Assembly (NCBI RefSeq): GCF_042660085.1
Contig: NZ_JBHSTI010000008.1
Location: 1,929,876 to 1,961,875, forward strand
DNA length: 32,000 nucleotides
Source of the DNA: Longivirga aurantiaca
Lineage (GTDB): Bacteria; Actinomycetota; Actinomycetes; S36-B12; CAIYMF01
Direction of reading: 5' to 3'
Made by a program: the position numbers and the translations under genes. The notes below the pieces were generated by a model. The model was not told where the DNA came from. It was given only the letters and a program-made list of their open reading frames with translations, and made no database searches. This document shows positions 17,771 to 26,591 of this stretch, one piece after another; within the stretch, counting starts at the first letter, position 1, and the number at the start of each line of letters is the position of its first letter.

Positions 17771-18579
17771 TGCCCGACTCCGTGCGCCTCGCCCTCGGCA
17801 CCTTCACGATCCTGCGCGTCCCGCCGCCGCGGGTGGTCGACCGGCGCACCGCCCGCGACGCGATGCTGCTCGCACCGCTCGTCGGCGCGCTGCTGGCGCT
17901 GGTCGGCGCGGTGGTGATCCTCGCCGTACGGCTCTCGCCGCTCGGCCACCGCACGCACATCGTGGTCACGCTGGTCGCGGCGACGCTGGCGATCATCACG
18001 CTCGCGGTCCTCACCCGCGGCCTGCACCTCGACGGTCTCGCCGACACCGCCGACGGCCTGGGGGTGAAGGGCGACGACGACGGCGCCCGCGAGCGGCGAC
18101 TCGCCGTGATGCGCCAGCCCGACATCGGGGCGTTCGGCGCGATCACCCTGGTGCTGGTGCTCGTCGTGCAGATCCTGGCGCTCACCGCGTGCGACCTCGC
18201 GGGCCGCGGGACCGTGAGCCTCGTGCTCGCTTGCGTGGTCGCCCGGCTCGCGATCGTGTGGGCGTGCACGCCGCTCGCCCGCTCGGCCCGGCCCGACGGG
18301 CTCGGCGCGGCGGTGGCGGGCTCCGTGCCGTACGCCGCCGCGGCGCTGCTCACGGCCGCCGTCCTGGCCGTCGCCGTCCTGCTCGGCCTCGGCGACGACG
18401 ACGGCGGTCGCCGGCTCGCCGCCGCCCTCGTGATCGGCACTGCGGTCGGCCTGCTCGCCGGCTACCTCGTCGTCCGCCGGGCCCAGGCCCGCTTCGGCGG
18501 CATCACCGGCGACGTCCTCGGCGCCACCGCCGAGCTCACCTTCACCGCCGTGCTCCTCTCGCTCGCCCTCCTCCCCTGA
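17770..18579 (+). CDS. cobS: Adenosylcobinamide-GDP ribazoletransferase CobS
   Basis: TGATG overlap. LTRGLHLDGLADTADGLG...RRLAVMRQPDIGAFGAITLVLVL; C-terminal GGITGDVLGATAELTF. Confidence 0.96.
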   Translation: MPDSVRLALGTFTILRVPPPRVVDRRTARDAMLLAPLVGALLALVGAVVILAVRLSPLGHRTHIVVTLVAATLAIITLAVLTRGLHLDGLADTADGLGVKGDDDGARERRLAVMRQPDIGAFGAITLVLVLVVQILALTACDLAGRGTVSLVLACVVARLAIVWACTPLARSARPDGLGAAVAGSVPYAAAALLTAAVLAVAVLLGLGDDDGGRRLAAALVIGTAVGLLAGYLVVRRAQARFGGITGDVLGATAELTFTAVLLSLALLP

Positions 18580-18696
18580 CCGCGCCCCTCGCCGCCGACT
18601 CCTGGGGTGCGCTGTCCGCATCGTGAGAAGCAACCCCCTGCTGTGGTCGGGATCACGCCGGTCGACGGGTCGTCGTGGCGGAGGTCACGCCAGGTG

Positions 18697-18716
18697 AGGC
18701 AAGGGCACCCTTACCT
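18697..18716. promoter_or_regulatory. Near-palindromic operator candidate (DtxR/IdeR-like character)
   Basis: AGGCAAGGGCACCCTTACCT against its reverse complement AGGTAAGGGTGCCCTTGCCT (16/20 matches). Located about 19-38 nt upstream of the downstream ATG. Confidence 0.5.
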
Positions 18717-18734
18717 TCTTGCCAGAATGTCCCC

Positions 18735-19007
18735 ATGACTGCGACCACCGACGACCTGCGCGAGTTCGAGCTCGAGTTCGGCGCCGAGCAGCCTGCTGCT
18801 CCGGCCGCCCCCGCCGTCCCGGCGTACCTGTCCTCCGCTGCCCGCCGTCGGGCCGCCGACGCCGAGACCGGCGACGGCTTCTTCCGCGGCATGTACGCCC
18901 TGATCGTGGCCGGCATGGTGGTCTCGATGGCCACCTTCGCGTTCGTGGCCTACGACAACTCGGTCGCGCAGACCGGCGGCCAGACCTCGGTCAGCGCCAC
19001 GCCGTAG
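18735..19007 (+). CDS. Small single-pass membrane hypothetical protein (90 aa)
   Basis: MTATTDDLREFELEFGAEQ...GDGFFRGMYALIVAGMVVSMATFAFVAYDNS; one TM. ATG 6 nt after CAGAAT. Confidence 0.65.
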   Translation: MTATTDDLREFELEFGAEQPAAPAAPAVPAYLSSAARRRAADAETGDGFFRGMYALIVAGMVVSMATFAFVAYDNSVAQTGGQTSVSATP

Positions 19008-19045
19008 TCGGCCTGACCCCCCACGACCGAGCGTCGCGCACGCAT

Positions 19046-19082
19046 CGACAGGCGCCTCCCCGCCAGGGGACGGCGCCTGTCG
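19046..19082. terminator. Bidirectional terminator between convergent genes
   Basis: CGACAGGCGCC-TCCCC-GCCA-GGGGA-C-GGCGCCTGTCG. Confidence 0.75.
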
Positions 19083-19110
19083 CGCATCCCGGGCCGTGCC
19101 GGGTGCTCGG

Positions 19111-20232
19111 TCAGCGGGTGGAGCGGTCGACGAACGGCGGCGTGGCGACGGCGAACCGCGACGCCCGGCCGCGGACGTCGACCAGCACCTCGTCGCCGTC
19201 GGCGAGACCGGCCGAGGTGTCGAGCAGGGCGAGCGCGATGCCCACCTTCAGGGTCGGGGAGAACGTGCCCGACGTGATCTCGCCGAGCGGCGCGCCGTCG
19301 ACGGTCGAGACGGCCATGTGCGGGCGCGGGATGCCGCGCTCGAGCGACACCAGCCCGACGGAGCGACGGGCGGGACCCGCCTCCTTCTCGGCCACGAGCG
19401 CGTCGCGGCCGTGGAACGCCGGCTTCTTCCAGCCCACCGCCCAGCCAGCACGGGCCTGCACGGGGCTGATCGCGAGCGACAGGTCCTGGCCGTGCAGCGG
19501 GTAGCCCATCTCGGTGCGCAGGGTGTCGCGCGCGCCGAGGCCGCACGCGCGGATGTCGTCGCCGGCCCCCGCCGCGAGGATCGCGTCCCAGACGGCGCCC
19601 GCGGCCGCCCACGGCACGACGAGCTCGTAGCCGTGCTCGCCGGTGTAGCCGGTGCGGCACACGAGGAGGTCGGTGCCGTCGAGCGTGGCCGGCAGGAACG
19701 CCATGTACTCGAGGTCGGACGGCAGGCCGAGCGCGTCGAGGAGCGCAGCCGAGCGCGGCCCCTGGACGGCGAGCACGCCGTGCTCGTGGTGCAGGTTGGT
19801 CACCGTGACGCCCTCGGGCGCCGCGGCGGCGAGGATCCGCACGACCTCGGCGGTGTTGGAGGCGTTCGGGATGAGGAAGACGTCGTCCGGGCCGTGCAGG
19901 TAGGCGATGAGGTCGTCGACGACGCCGCCAGCCTCGTCGCACAGCAGGGTGTACTGCGCCTTGCCGGGCCCGATCCGGTCGAGGCTGTTGGTCAGCACCG
20001 AGTCGAGGAACGCCGCCGCGCCGGGCCCGGTCACCGAGGCCTTGCCCAGGTGCGAGACGTCGAAGACGCCGACCCGCTCGCGCACCGCGGTGTGCTCGGC
20101 GACGACCCCGCCGCCGGCGTACTCGAGAGGCATCGACCACCCGCCGAAGTCGCCCAGCTTCGCGCCCAGCGCGAGGTGGCGGTCGTGCAGCGGGGACAGC
20201 AGCGGCGTGGAGGCGTCGGTCACGCCCCGCAC
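19111..20232 (-). CDS. gcvT: Glycine cleavage system aminomethyltransferase (T protein)
   Basis: [29 protein letters not shown]...[19 protein letters not shown]...[16 protein letters not shown]...[21 protein letters not shown]. Confidence 0.95.
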   Translation of the reverse strand: MRGVTDASTPLLSPLHDRHLALGAKLGDFGGWSMPLEYAGGGVVAEHTAVRERVGVFDVSHLGKASVTGPGAAAFLDSVLTNSLDRIGPGKAQYTLLCDEAGGVVDDLIAYLHGPDDVFLIPNASNTAEVVRILAAAAPEGVTVTNLHHEHGVLAVQGPRSAALLDALGLPSDLEYMAFLPATLDGTDLLVCRTGYTGEHGYELVVPWAAAGAVWDAILAAGAGDDIRACGLGARDTLRTEMGYPLHGQDLSLAISPVQARAGWAVGWKKPAFHGRDALVAEKEAGPARRSVGLVSLERGIPRPHMAVSTVDGAPLGEITSGTFSPTLKVGIALALLDTSAGLADGDEVLVDVRGRASRFAVATPPFVDRSTR

Positions 20233-20351
20233 CGTATCGGCCGCGGGCCGTGTCCGCCTCAGGCAGCACGGGGCACGGCCGTCCCGGGCGACGGGTCAAC
20301 CCGCCCGTCTCCCGGTAGGTTCAGGGCAGACCTCGACCACGGGAGCGCACT

Positions 20352-21866
20352 GTGACCACCCTTGCCCTGAACTCCGCCGACATCGCGACCATCGCGGGCG
20401 ACGTCCTCGTCGTCGCGACCGTGCCCGCTGGCGGCCGCAAGAAGGGCGCCGTCCTCGCCGGCCCCGCCGCCGGCCTGAAGGCCGCCCCCAAGCGCAAGCT
20501 CGAGGAGGCCCTCGCGGCCCTCGGCGCCACGGGCAAGGCGGGCGACGTCGTCCGCGTGCCCGGCGCCGGGATCTCCGCCGCCCCCGTCGTCGTCGCGGTC
20601 GGCCTCGGCGCCGGGCCGTGGAACGACGAGGCGCTGCGCCGCGCCGCCGGCAACGCCGTCCGCTCGGTCGCCGGCAGCAAGCGCGCGGTGCTCGCGCTGC
20701 CCGTCGAGACCGCCGCCGGCCTCGACGCCGTCGCCCAGGGCGCCCTCCTCGGCGCCTACTCGTTCGACTCCTTCCGCGTCGACTCCAAGGCCGCGCAGAA
20801 GGCCCCGGTCACCCGCATCACGCTCGCCGTCGCCGACGCCAAGGACGCGTCCACCGTCGCGGCCGTCGCCCGGGCCAAGGCCATCGCCGGCGCGGTGATC
20901 CTCGCCCGCGACCTCGTCAACACCCCGGCCGGCGACCTTCCCCCGGCGGCCCTCGTCGCCGCTGCGGCCGATGCGGTCGACGGCCTCTCGGTCGAGGTCG
21001 AGGTGCTCGACGAGAAGGCCCTCGCCGCAGGCGGGTACGGCGGCATCCTCGGCGTCGGCAAGGGCTCGGCCAACCCGCCGCGGCTCGCCCGGCTCGCCTA
21101 CCGCCCCGAGGGCGCGACCGCGCACCTCGCGCTCGTCGGCAAGGGCATCACATTCGACACCGGCGGCATCTCGATCAAGCCCTCGCTCAACATGCACGAG
21201 ATGAAGGGCGACATGGGCGGCGCCGCCGCCACCGCGGCCGCCGTCGTCGCGATCGCGAAGCTCGGCCTGCCCGTCAACGTCACCGGCTACCTCTGCGTGG
21301 CCGAGAACATGCCGAGCGGCAAGGCCCAGCGCCCCGGCGACGTCATCCGCGCCTATGGCGGCAAGACCGTCGAGGTCATGGACACCGACGCCGAGGGCCG
21401 CCTCGTGCTCATGGACGGCCTCGTCCGCGCGCAGGAGGACAAGCCCGACGTCATCGTCGACATCGCCACGCTCACCGGCGCGGCCGTCGTCGCCCTCGGC
21501 TCGCGCACCTTCGGGATCATGTCCAACGACGACGACCTCCGCGAGGCCGTGCACGACGCCTCGAAGCGGGCCGGCGAGGCCGCCTGGCCGATGCCGTTCC
21601 CGGAGGAGCTGCGCGCCAACCTCGACAGCTCGGTCGCCGACATCATGAACATCCCGCTGGTGGGCCGCCCCCACGGCGGCATGATGACGGGCGGCATCTT
21701 CCTGGCCGAGTTCATCAAGGACGGGCAGCGCTGGGCGCACCTCGACATCGCGGGCCCGTCGTACAACGCAGGCGGCCCGCACGGCTACACCCCGAAGGGC
21801 GGCACGGGCGCTGCCGTCCGCACCCTGGTGCAGCTCGCCGAGGACATCGCAGATGGTGCCGTCTGA
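20352..21866 (+). CDS. pepA: Leucyl aminopeptidase (M17)
   Basis: LVNTPAGDLPP; VGKGITFDTGGISIKPS; MKGDMGGAAA; MDTDAEGRLVLMDGL; FIKDGQRWAHLDIAGPSYNAGGPHGYTPKGGTGAAVRTL. Confidence 0.96.
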   Translation: MTTLALNSADIATIAGDVLVVATVPAGGRKKGAVLAGPAAGLKAAPKRKLEEALAALGATGKAGDVVRVPGAGISAAPVVVAVGLGAGPWNDEALRRAAGNAVRSVAGSKRAVLALPVETAAGLDAVAQGALLGAYSFDSFRVDSKAAQKAPVTRITLAVADAKDASTVAAVARAKAIAGAVILARDLVNTPAGDLPPAALVAAAADAVDGLSVEVEVLDEKALAAGGYGGILGVGKGSANPPRLARLAYRPEGATAHLALVGKGITFDTGGISIKPSLNMHEMKGDMGGAAATAAAVVAIAKLGLPVNVTGYLCVAENMPSGKAQRPGDVIRAYGGKTVEVMDTDAEGRLVLMDGLVRAQEDKPDVIVDIATLTGAAVVALGSRTFGIMSNDDDLREAVHDASKRAGEAAWPMPFPEELRANLDSSVADIMNIPLVGRPHGGMMTGGIFLAEFIKDGQRWAHLDIAGPSYNAGGPHGYTPKGGTGAAVRTLVQLAEDIADGAV

Positions 21867-21946
21867 CGACGACAACGCAGTCGACGGCGCCGTCTGACGG
21901 CCCGGTCATCCGCACGACCGTTCGACCGTTCGACCGCAGGGCATCG

Positions 21947-21980
21947 GAGCCCCGTCCCGGCAGCAGCCGGGGCGGGGCTC
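21947..21980 (+). terminator. Strong hairpin between pepA and the following hydrolase gene
   Basis: GAGCCCCGTCCCGG-CAGCAG-CCGGGGCGGGGCTC (14-bp stem, one G-U), followed by CTCCTTTCC. Confidence 0.65.
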
Positions 21981-22000
21981 CTCCTTTCCAGGGAGGACCC

Positions 22001-22603
22001 ATGACGACGCAGCGGTTCCTCGTGCTGCACGGGCTCACCAACCGCCGCCCGGAGGGCCACTGGGAGCGCCGGCTCGCGGCCGCCCTGCGCCTGGCCGGGC
22101 ACGTGGTGGTCTACCCCCAGCTGCCCGACACCGACTCCCCCGACCTCACGACCTGGCTCGACCTCCTCGACGCCGAGCTCGCCATCCTCGACGAGGCGGG
22201 CGACGGCCCGCTGACCGTCGTCGGGCACTCGCTCGGCGCGGTCGCCTGGCTGCACGCCGTGGCGCGCGGCCTCGCCGTCCGTCCGGCCCGGGTGCTGCTC
22301 GTGGCACCCGCCGGCCACTCGGCCCTTGCCGACGCCGCGCCCGCCTTCGCGCTGCGCCCTGCGGACGGCAGCCCGACCGCCGAGCAGGTGGCGGCGTCCG
22401 CGGGCAGCACCCTTCTGGTGTGGAGCGGCGACGACGCGTGGTGCGACGAGGGGGTCGACGTCGTCTTCGGCGAGCCCCTCGGCATCCCGGTGGTGCTCGT
22501 GCCGGGCGGCGGCCACCTCGCCCTCGGCGACGGGTACGGCGAGTGGCCGGACGTGATCGCGTGGGCCGAGAGCGGCGCGGCCGCCTGGCCTACCCGCGGG
22601 TAG
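22001..22603 (+). CDS. Small serine (alpha/beta) hydrolase, RBBP9/YdeN family
   Basis: MTTQRFLVLHGLTNRRPEGHWERRL...GPLTVVGHSLGAVAWLHAV...GGGHLALGDGYGEWPDV; SD ggagg. Confidence 0.85.
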   Translation: MTTQRFLVLHGLTNRRPEGHWERRLAAALRLAGHVVVYPQLPDTDSPDLTTWLDLLDAELAILDEAGDGPLTVVGHSLGAVAWLHAVARGLAVRPARVLLVAPAGHSALADAAPAFALRPADGSPTAEQVAASAGSTLLVWSGDDAWCDEGVDVVFGEPLGIPVVLVPGGGHLALGDGYGEWPDVIAWAESGAAAWPTRG

Positions 22604-22733
22604 CCGAGAGGTTCGCCGAGGGCGCATCACCCGCGGTCACGTGCGGCCACGGCAGGTGGAAGGATGGGCCGACGCCCGTCACCTCGGGCCTCTGACCGCT
22701 GCACCTGATCACACGCACCTATGAGGAGCGCCC

Positions 22734-24113
22734 GTGTCCGGGACCTCGTTCGACCTCGTCATCCTCGGCGGCGGCAGCGGCGGCTACGCCGCTGCGCTGC
22801 GCGGCGCCCAGCTCGGCCTCTCGGTGGCTCTCATCGAGAAGGACAAGCTCGGCGGCACCTGCCTGCACTGGGGCTGCATCCCGACCAAGGCGCTGCTGCA
22901 CGCGGCCGAGGTCGCCGACTCGGCCAAGGAGTCCGAGGCGTACGGCGTCAAGGCCACCTTCGAGGGCATCGACATCGAGAAGGTCTACGGCTACCGCGAC
23001 GGCGTGATCGCCCGCCTCTACAAGGGGCTGCAGGGGCTGGTGAAGAGCCGCGACATCATCCTCGTCGAGGGCACCGGCACGCTGACCTCGCCGACCACGG
23101 TCGACGTCGCCGGCACCACCTACACCGCGACCAGGGCCGTCATCCTCGCCACGGGGTCCTACGCCCGTTCGCTGCCCGGCCTCGAGATCGGCGGCCGCGT
23201 GATCACGTCGTTCGAGGCGCTCAGCCTCGACTACGTGCCGCAGTCCGCGATCGTGCTCGGCGGCGGCGTGATCGGCGTCGAGTTCGCGAGCGTCTGGAAG
23301 TCCTTCGGCGCCGACGTCACCATCGTCGAGGCGCTCCCCCGCCTCGTGCCGAACGAGGACGAGGCCTGCTCCAAGGCCCTCGACCGTGCGTTCCGCAAGC
23401 GGGGCATCAAGGCCAAGACCGGGGTGCGCTTCTCCGGCGTCACCCAGGACGAGTCGAGCGTCACCGTCACCCTCGAGAGCGGCGAGAGCCTCACGGCCGA
23501 CGTCCTGCTCGTCGCGGTCGGCCGCGGCCCGCAGACCGCCAACTGCGGCTACGAGGCCGTCGGCGTCGCGATGGACCGCGGCTTCGTGCTGACCAACGAG
23601 CGCCTGCAGACCAACGTCCCGGGCGTGTACGCCGTCGGCGACATCGTCCCCGGCCTGCAGCTCGCGCACCGCGGCTTCCAGCAGGGCATCTTCGTGGCCG
23701 AGGAGATCGCCGGGCTCAGCCCCCGCGTCATCGACGAGGCCGGGATCCCGCGCGTGACCTACTGCGAGCCCGAGGTCGCCTCGGTCGGCCTCACCCAGGC
23801 CCAGGCCACGGAGAAGTTCGGCGAGGGCAACGTCGAGGCCTACGAGTACAACCTCGGCGGCAACGGCAAGAGCCAGATCCTCGGCACCACCGGCTTCATC
23901 AAGCTCGTCCGCGAGAAGGACGGCCCCGTGGTCGGCGTGCACATGGTCGGCGCCCGCGTCGGCGAGCTCGTCGGCGAGGGCCAGCTCGTCGTCAACTGGG
24001 AGGCCTACCCCGAGGACGTCGCCGCCCTCGTGCACGCGCACCCCACCCAGAACGAGGCGTTCGGCGAGGCCTTCCTCGCGCTCGCCGGCAAGCCGTTGCA
24101 CGCGCACTCCTGA
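22734..24113 (+). CDS. lpdA: Dihydrolipoyl dehydrogenase
   Basis: FDLVILGGGSGGYAAALRGAQLGLSVALIEKDKLGGTCLHWGCIPTKALLH; AVGDIVPGLQLAHRG; C-terminal VHAHPTQNEAFGEAFLAL. Confidence 0.96.
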   Translation: MSGTSFDLVILGGGSGGYAAALRGAQLGLSVALIEKDKLGGTCLHWGCIPTKALLHAAEVADSAKESEAYGVKATFEGIDIEKVYGYRDGVIARLYKGLQGLVKSRDIILVEGTGTLTSPTTVDVAGTTYTATRAVILATGSYARSLPGLEIGGRVITSFEALSLDYVPQSAIVLGGGVIGVEFASVWKSFGADVTIVEALPRLVPNEDEACSKALDRAFRKRGIKAKTGVRFSGVTQDESSVTVTLESGESLTADVLLVAVGRGPQTANCGYEAVGVAMDRGFVLTNERLQTNVPGVYAVGDIVPGLQLAHRGFQQGIFVAEEIAGLSPRVIDEAGIPRVTYCEPEVASVGLTQAQATEKFGEGNVEAYEYNLGGNGKSQILGTTGFIKLVREKDGPVVGVHMVGARVGELVGEGQLVVNWEAYPEDVAALVHAHPTQNEAFGEAFLALAGKPLHAHS

Positions 24114-24193
24114 CACACCCCCCGTCGCGCGCCAGGATCTGACGCGCGGCAGTGCTGCCCGAACGTCCCCGCACCGAAGGAGTCACGCAGGCC

Positions 24194-25933
24194 ATGTCGG
24201 TCTCCGTCACGTTGCCCCAGCTCGGCGAGAGCGTCACCGAGGGCACGGTCACCCGCTGGCTCAAGCAGGTCGGTGACACCGTCCAGGCCGACGAGCCGCT
24301 GGTGGAGGTGTCGACCGACAAGGTCGACACCGAGATCCCGGCACCGGCCTCGGGCGTCCTGCTCGCGATCACGGCGGGCGAGGACGAGGTCGTCGCCGTC
24401 GGCGGCGAGCTCGGAGTCATCGGTGCTGCCGACGAGGCCGGCGCTGCTGCCCCCGTCGAGGCGCCCGCTGCCCCGGCACCTGTCGTCGAGGCGCCCGCCG
24501 CACCCGTGGCCGAGCCCGTCGCCGCGCCGGTCGCCGAGGCGCCCGCTGCTCCGGCCGCTGCCCCCGCTGCCGCGCCGTCGGGCGCCGGCACCCCCGTCGT
24601 GCTGCCCGCCCTCGGCGAGAGCGTCACCGAGGGCACCGTCACCCGCTGGCTCAAGGCCGTCGGCGACTCCGTCGCGGTCGACGAGCCGCTGGTCGAGGTC
24701 TCGACCGACAAGGTCGACACCGAGATCCCGTCGCCGGTCGCGGGCACGCTGCTCGAGATCACCGTCGGCGAGGACGCCGTCGTGCAGGTCGGCGGCACGC
24801 TCGGGGTCGTCGGCGTCGCCGGCGCGGCTCCGGCCGCCGCCCCGGCACCGGCCGCGCCCGCCCCCGTCGCTGCCCCGGCACCCTCCGCAGCCGTCGAGGC
24901 CCCCTCGACCCCGGCACCGGCCGCGCCCGTCGCAGCACCCGCTGCTCCCCCGGCACCCGCACCTGCAGCCGCTCCGCCTGTCGCGGCTGCGCCCGCTGCC
25001 GCGGCCGACACCTACGTGACGCCGCTCGTGCGCAAGCTCGCCTCCGACAACGGAGTCGACCTCGCGTCGGTCACCGGCACCGGCGTCGGCGGCCGCATCC
25101 GCAAGCAGGACGTCCTCGCCGCTGCAGAGGCCGCCAAGGCCGCCGCCGCGACCCCCGCGCCTGCCGCCGCCCCCGCTACGGCCGCTGCTCCCGTCGTCGC
25201 GGCGTCCCCGCTGCGCGGGCGCACCGAGCCGATGACCCGCCTGCGCAAGGTCATCGCCGAGCGCATGGTCGAGTCGCTGCACGTCTCGGCGCAGCTCACC
25301 TCCGTGGTCGAGGTCGACGTCACCCGCATCGCGCAGCTGCGCGGCAAGGTGAAGAAGCAGTTCGAGGCCACCGAGGGCGTCAAGCTCTCGTTCCTGCCGT
25401 TCTTCGCCAAGGCCGCCGTCGAGGCGCTCAAGCAGTACCCCCAGGTCAACGCGTCGATCGACCAGGCCGCCGGCACCGTCACCTACCACGACGGCGAGCA
25501 CCTGGGTATCGCGGTCGACACCGAGCGCGGCCTGCTCGTGCCGGTGATCCGCGACGCGGGCGACCTCAACATCGCGGGCATCTCGCGCAAGATCTCCGAC
25601 CTCGCCGAGCGCACCCGCACCAACAAGGTGAGCCCGGACGAGCTCTCGGGCGGCACGTTCACGCTGACCAACACCGGCAGCCGCGGCGCGCTGTTCGACA
25701 CGCCGATCATCAACCAGCCGCAGGTCGCGATCCTCGGCACGGGCGCGGTCGTCAAGCGCCCGGTCGTCGTGACCGACGAGACCGGCAGCGACTCGATCGC
25801 CGTCCGCTCGATGGTCTACCTGGCGCTGACCTACGACCACCGGATCGTGGACGGCGCCGACGCCGCCCGCTTCCTCGTGGCCATGAAGCAGCGCCTCGAG
25901 GACGCCAACTTCGAGGCCGAGCTCGGCCTGTAG
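24194..25933 (+). CDS. sucB: 2-oxoglutarate dehydrogenase/pyruvate dehydrogenase E2 (dihydrolipoamide acyltransferase), two lipoyl domains
   Basis: Two lipoyl motifs ([12 protein letters not shown]), Ala/Pro linkers, peripheral subunit-binding domain [32 protein letters not shown], catalytic [19 protein letters not shown]. Confidence 0.95.
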   Translation: MSVSVTLPQLGESVTEGTVTRWLKQVGDTVQADEPLVEVSTDKVDTEIPAPASGVLLAITAGEDEVVAVGGELGVIGAADEAGAAAPVEAPAAPAPVVEAPAAPVAEPVAAPVAEAPAAPAAAPAAAPSGAGTPVVLPALGESVTEGTVTRWLKAVGDSVAVDEPLVEVSTDKVDTEIPSPVAGTLLEITVGEDAVVQVGGTLGVVGVAGAAPAAAPAPAAPAPVAAPAPSAAVEAPSTPAPAAPVAAPAAPPAPAPAAAPPVAAAPAAAADTYVTPLVRKLASDNGVDLASVTGTGVGGRIRKQDVLAAAEAAKAAAATPAPAAAPATAAAPVVAASPLRGRTEPMTRLRKVIAERMVESLHVSAQLTSVVEVDVTRIAQLRGKVKKQFEATEGVKLSFLPFFAKAAVEALKQYPQVNASIDQAAGTVTYHDGEHLGIAVDTERGLLVPVIRDAGDLNIAGISRKISDLAERTRTNKVSPDELSGGTFTLTNTGSRGALFDTPIINQPQVAILGTGAVVKRPVVVTDETGSDSIAVRSMVYLALTYDHRIVDGADAARFLVAMKQRLEDANFEAELGL

Positions 25934-25947
25934 CCCCCCAGCGCGTA

Positions 25948-25981
25948 CGACGGCCCACGCCCCCTGGGGCGTGGGCCGTCG
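25948..25981 (+). terminator. Strong hairpin downstream of the E2 gene
   Basis: CGACGGCCCACGCCCC-CT-GGGGCGTGGGCCGTCG: perfect 16-bp stem, 2-nt loop, no U tract. Confidence 0.7.
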
Positions 25982-26030
25982 CACGTGCGCGGGGTGGTTG
26001 GGATCGACCTCCGATGGGTACCTCGTGCCC

Positions 26031-26591
26031 ATGACTGAACTCATGGCACGCGTGCACGTCGTCGTCGACGCCAGCCCCGAGCAGGTCTGGGAAGGGCTCA
26101 CCTCCCCCGAGCTGACCCGCCTCTGGATGGGTGGCGCCGAGGTTGCGAGCGACTGGACGCCCGGCTCCACCGTCACGTGGTCGGGCCTCGTGGCCGGCCA
26201 GCCGTTCGAGGACTCGGGCACCGTGCTCGAGGTCGACCGCCCGACGCGGCTGCGCACGACGCACCGCAGCGGCGGGCTCGCTCTCGCCGACGCCCCCCTC
26301 GACCCCCACGTCGTGACGTACGAGGTGATGGCCGAGCAGGGCGGCACCGTCGTCACCGTCACCCAGGAGGGCCTGGGCCAGACCCCCGACAGCGTCGCGG
26401 AGTACGAGCAGACCTGGGCGCTGCTGCTCGGCCGCCTCAAGGGCGTGCTGCAGGAGCGCGGCGAGGCCGCCTCCCGATGTGGCGGCGGGGCCCCCGGACC
26501 GACAGACTCGCGGCATGAAGGTCGTGGTCTCGGGCTCGTCCGGTCTGATCGGTTCCTCGCTCGTCGCCTCGCTGCAGGCGGACGGCCATGA
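26031..26591 (+). CDS. SRPBCC/AHSA1-family protein
   Basis: MARVHVVVDASPEQVWEGLTSPELTRLWMGGAEVASDWTPGSTVTWSG; start could be 26031 or 26043. Confidence 0.8.
   Translation: MTELMARVHVVVDASPEQVWEGLTSPELTRLWMGGAEVASDWTPGSTVTWSGLVAGQPFEDSGTVLEVDRPTRLRTTHRSGGLALADAPLDPHVVTYEVMAEQGGTVVTVTQEGLGQTPDSVAEYEQTWALLLGRLKGVLQERGEAASRCGGGAPGPTDSRHEGRGLGLVRSDRFLARRLAAGGRP

Noticed and set aside
19111-20232. Idea that gcvT is part of the B12 operon
   Set aside because: It lies on the opposite strand beyond a bidirectional terminator (19046-19082), so it is not co-transcribed.
20259-21875. 538-aa minus-strand ORF opposite pepA
   Set aside because: Antisense artefact of a conserved M17 aminopeptidase gene.
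22719-24116. Long minus-strand ORF (465 aa) opposite lpdA
   Set aside because: Shadow ORF: antisense of a clearly conserved gene in very high GC DNA, with composition typical of frame artefacts.
24417-25010. Repetitive Ala/Pro-coding stretches
   Set aside because: Ordinary flexible linkers between E2 domains, not a DNA repeat array.
24005-26440. 811-aa minus-strand ORF opposite the E2 gene
   Set aside because: Gly/Ala/Arg/Asp-rich antisense artefact covering sucB and its Ala/Pro linkers.
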